Shown: piece by piece, positions 62,344-64,000 of the stretch | How the letters are laid out: the number at the start of each line of letters is the position of its first letter | Numbering within the stretch: position 1 is the stretch's first letter | Source of the DNA: an uncultured Verrucomicrobiae bacterium | Lineage (GTDB): Bacteria; Verrucomicrobiota; Verrucomicrobiia; Chthoniobacterales; JAATET01 | Length of the DNA: 64,000 nucleotides | Assembly (NCBI GenBank): GCA_963803825.1 | Contig: CAWDOJ010000003.1 | Location: 327,507 to 391,506 of the forward strand | Reading direction: 5' to 3' | Program-made: the position numbers and the translations under genes | The notes under the pieces: model-generated | The model's database searches: none | What the model saw: the letters and a program-made list of their open reading frames with translations, nothing else | Told to the model about the DNA's origin: nothing

Positions 62344-62545
62344 TGCAGAGATTCTGTGAGCAAACGCTAGGACGAAAAGTGATATTTACAGGTTGCTCAG
62401 AAATATTTCATCCACCGGAGGTCGAGCCGAACGTCAAGCTCAGCCACCCTGAGCGGGTGATCGAGCCAACCCTGAGGTGACCTGCCGGTAGCGGGTTCGA
62501 GCAACCCCAGCCAGCGAAGCGGCTAGGGGTTGGCTGCAGCGCCTT

Positions 62546-63051
62546 GTTCGACGCGCATCTGTTCAAACTACGCATATCGTGACTTCCTCTAGCCAACCCC
62601 TCCGTATTTCTACCGAAGGCACTTCCACAATGAAGATAGAATCTCTGAAAAGGCTCCGCAATCGTGGTCAGTGAATTGCGCCTGGAAGATTGTATGGGGG
62701 TTGAAGCGCAATTGGAAACGAGGGGCGGGAATCAAGCTCACAAATATTCGCCTGGAAGATTGTTGGTAATGGGAAGTTGAATTGGAACGGAGGGATGGGA
62801 ATCAGGCTCATCAATATGCGCTTGGAAGGATTGTGGGGGCTTCTGGTGACTTCCAATTGATTGTTCGAAGTCACCAAAATATTATACACGGCGGGCAACT
62901 CTGAGCGCCGCCTAGCCTTTGCGTATACCTCCAACGCTGGTCGAAAATAGACGAACCGACGGTTTCAAACTGGATCTGGCCTAGTCTGATTTGGTCCAGA
63001 CAACTGTAATCAAAAAATAGTCATCCGCCGGAGGCTCACAATGAGTCGAAC
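62546..63051 (-). other. Probably gene-less cassette with internal tandem repeat
   Basis: No convincing ORF. Confidence 0.55.
62679..62840. repeat. Degenerate 70-bp tandem repeat (2 full units plus start of a third)
   Basis: Units start 62679, 62749, 62819 with CGCYTGGAAG(G)ATTGT; full units share AATTGGAA, GGGAATCA.GCTCA and AATAT. Confidence 0.8.
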
Positions 63052-63140
63052 GTCAAGCTCAGCCACCCTGAGCGGGTAACCGAGCCAACCCTGAGGTGAG
63101 CTGCCGGTAGCGGGATCGAGCAATCCCAGCAGCGGAGCGG

Positions 63141-63668
63141 CTAGGGGTTGGCTGCAGCGCCTTGTTCGGCTGAATTCGTGATCTCTTTTAGATAGATGAA
63201 TCTCAAAGCTCCTTTGGAATCGAGACCAACTGCATCAATGGATTCGCTTGTTTGGTTTGAGGACTTTTCTGACCGCGTCACGACAGTCGCTCCTATCGGT
63301 TGTAAGTTTGGACCAAATTGTTGACCATCAATAGAAGTCGGTTCTTCAATCATTGATTTCAGTATCTTGAGATAATGCGAGTTAATGCTCGGAATCTCAT
63401 CCAAGGTATAAAACGATGAGGTGGTGACTGTCCACCCACTATCGAGAGAATCGAAGAACATCTTCCAAGAAGCTATTGTATCTCGGAATCCTAGGGTTCC
63501 CGATGCATCGGGTCCGTAAAGTTTCGTGATCGCTTCTAAATCTCGTGAATCGATTGCACTATCAAGTGCATCCATAAAGTCGCCTTTCTGATCGTGCGAG
63601 ACTTTTGAAATGGGTGATAGCAATACTATAATTGCGAGAATGAGGTTGAGCATGCGGAGTTCGGGCAA
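63141..63668 (-). CDS. Secreted hypothetical protein
   Basis: Fills cassette; start 63668 or 63653. Confidence 0.75.
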   Translation of the reverse strand: MPELRMLNLILAIIVLLSPISKVSHDQKGDFMDALDSAIDSRDLEAITKLYGPDASGTLGFRDTIASWKMFFDSLDSGWTVTTSSFYTLDEIPSINSHYLKILKSMIEEPTSIDGQQFGPNLQPIGATVVTRSEKSSNQTSESIDAVGLDSKGALRFIYLKEITNSAEQGAAANP

Positions 63669-63839
63669 GGTGCTGATAGATTTCTATTTCATCCGCCGGA
63701 GGCTGAGCCGAACGTCAAGCTCAGCCACCCCGAGCGGGCAGTCGAGCCAACCCTGAGGTGAACTGCCAATAGCGGGACCGAGCAACCCCAGCCAGCGAAG
63801 CGGCTAGGGGTTGGCTGCAGCGCCTTGTTCGGTCTGTAT

Positions 63840-63998
63840 TCATTGCCTCTCCTTATCAGATACAGCGATGCCGGAAATAGTCATATTCTCAATGTTTGAG
63901 TTTGCGATAGCCATCCCACTCAAATTGACGTTTTCAAAGACAGTATTTGTAGAGTCAACATCTTCAAACTTTGCATCTGACAACGCAATGTTCCGGAA
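63840..63998 (-). CDS. Pentapeptide-repeat protein, C-terminal part (partial)
   Basis: FRNIALSDAKFEDVDSTNTVFENVNLSGMAIANSNIENMTISG. Confidence 0.75.
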   Translation of the reverse strand, partial: FRNIALSDAKFEDVDSTNTVFENVNLSGMAIANSNIENMTISGIAVSDKERQ

Positions 63999-64000
63999 GT

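Larger units (their letters stand above)
7767..63829 (-). repeat. Integron cassette array, - strand part (about 84 attC sites)
   Basis: Same attC consensus reversed (AACGTCAAGCTCAGCCACCC...GGCTAGGGGTTGGCTGCAGCGCCTTGTT), separating co-oriented 1-2 gene or gene-less cassettes. Confidence 0.97.

Noticed and set aside
198-63829. CRISPR array
   Set aside because: Repeats are ~119-bp imperfect palindromes with R/L boxes separated by gene-sized inserts; no cas genes.
1-64000. Integron integrase, attI, reverse transcriptase, retron or DGR
   Set aside because: No tyrosine recombinase or RT motifs in any ORF in this window.

Overview
The whole window is the interior of a very large sedentary (super)integron cassette array. 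I count about 92 attC sites. Those I measured are 117-119 bp from AAC to GTT, with consensus AACAAGGCGCTGCAGCCAACCCCTAGCCGC-variable centre-CCCGYTCRGGGTGGCTGAGCTTGACGTT. Eight sites lie on + (1-6.1 kb) and about 84 on - (7.8-64 kb). The two halves converge at an ISL3 copy that lacks a target duplication. No integrase or attI is in the window. Cargo includes about 12 toxin-antitoxin-type cassettes, candidate defence nucleases (PD-(D/E)XK, HEPN, GIY-YIG), Imm50, two GNATs, a VOC protein, two K+ channels, a PEP-CTERM protein, and many small membrane or secreted hypothetical proteins. There are also 4 ISL3 and 2 IS5-family insertions. A PVC-type host such as Verrucomicrobiota is inferred, not proven. 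The most unusual signal is non-coding. About 15 cassettes are gene-less, mostly in two recurring fixed-length families (A, 393-395 bp, x7; B, 273-275 bp, x6). A motif CATCC-[ACC/GCC/GTC]-GGA-[GGT/GGC/GAC] occurs about 29 times, always on the attC bottom strand and mostly near cassette 5' ends. Its compensatory stem changes fit a GNA-triloop mini-hairpin of the kind that is very stable in ssDNA. This suggests an undescribed ssDNA-level signal (priming, promoter or protein binding) acting on cassettes. Protein family names come from visual motif recognition, not database searches.
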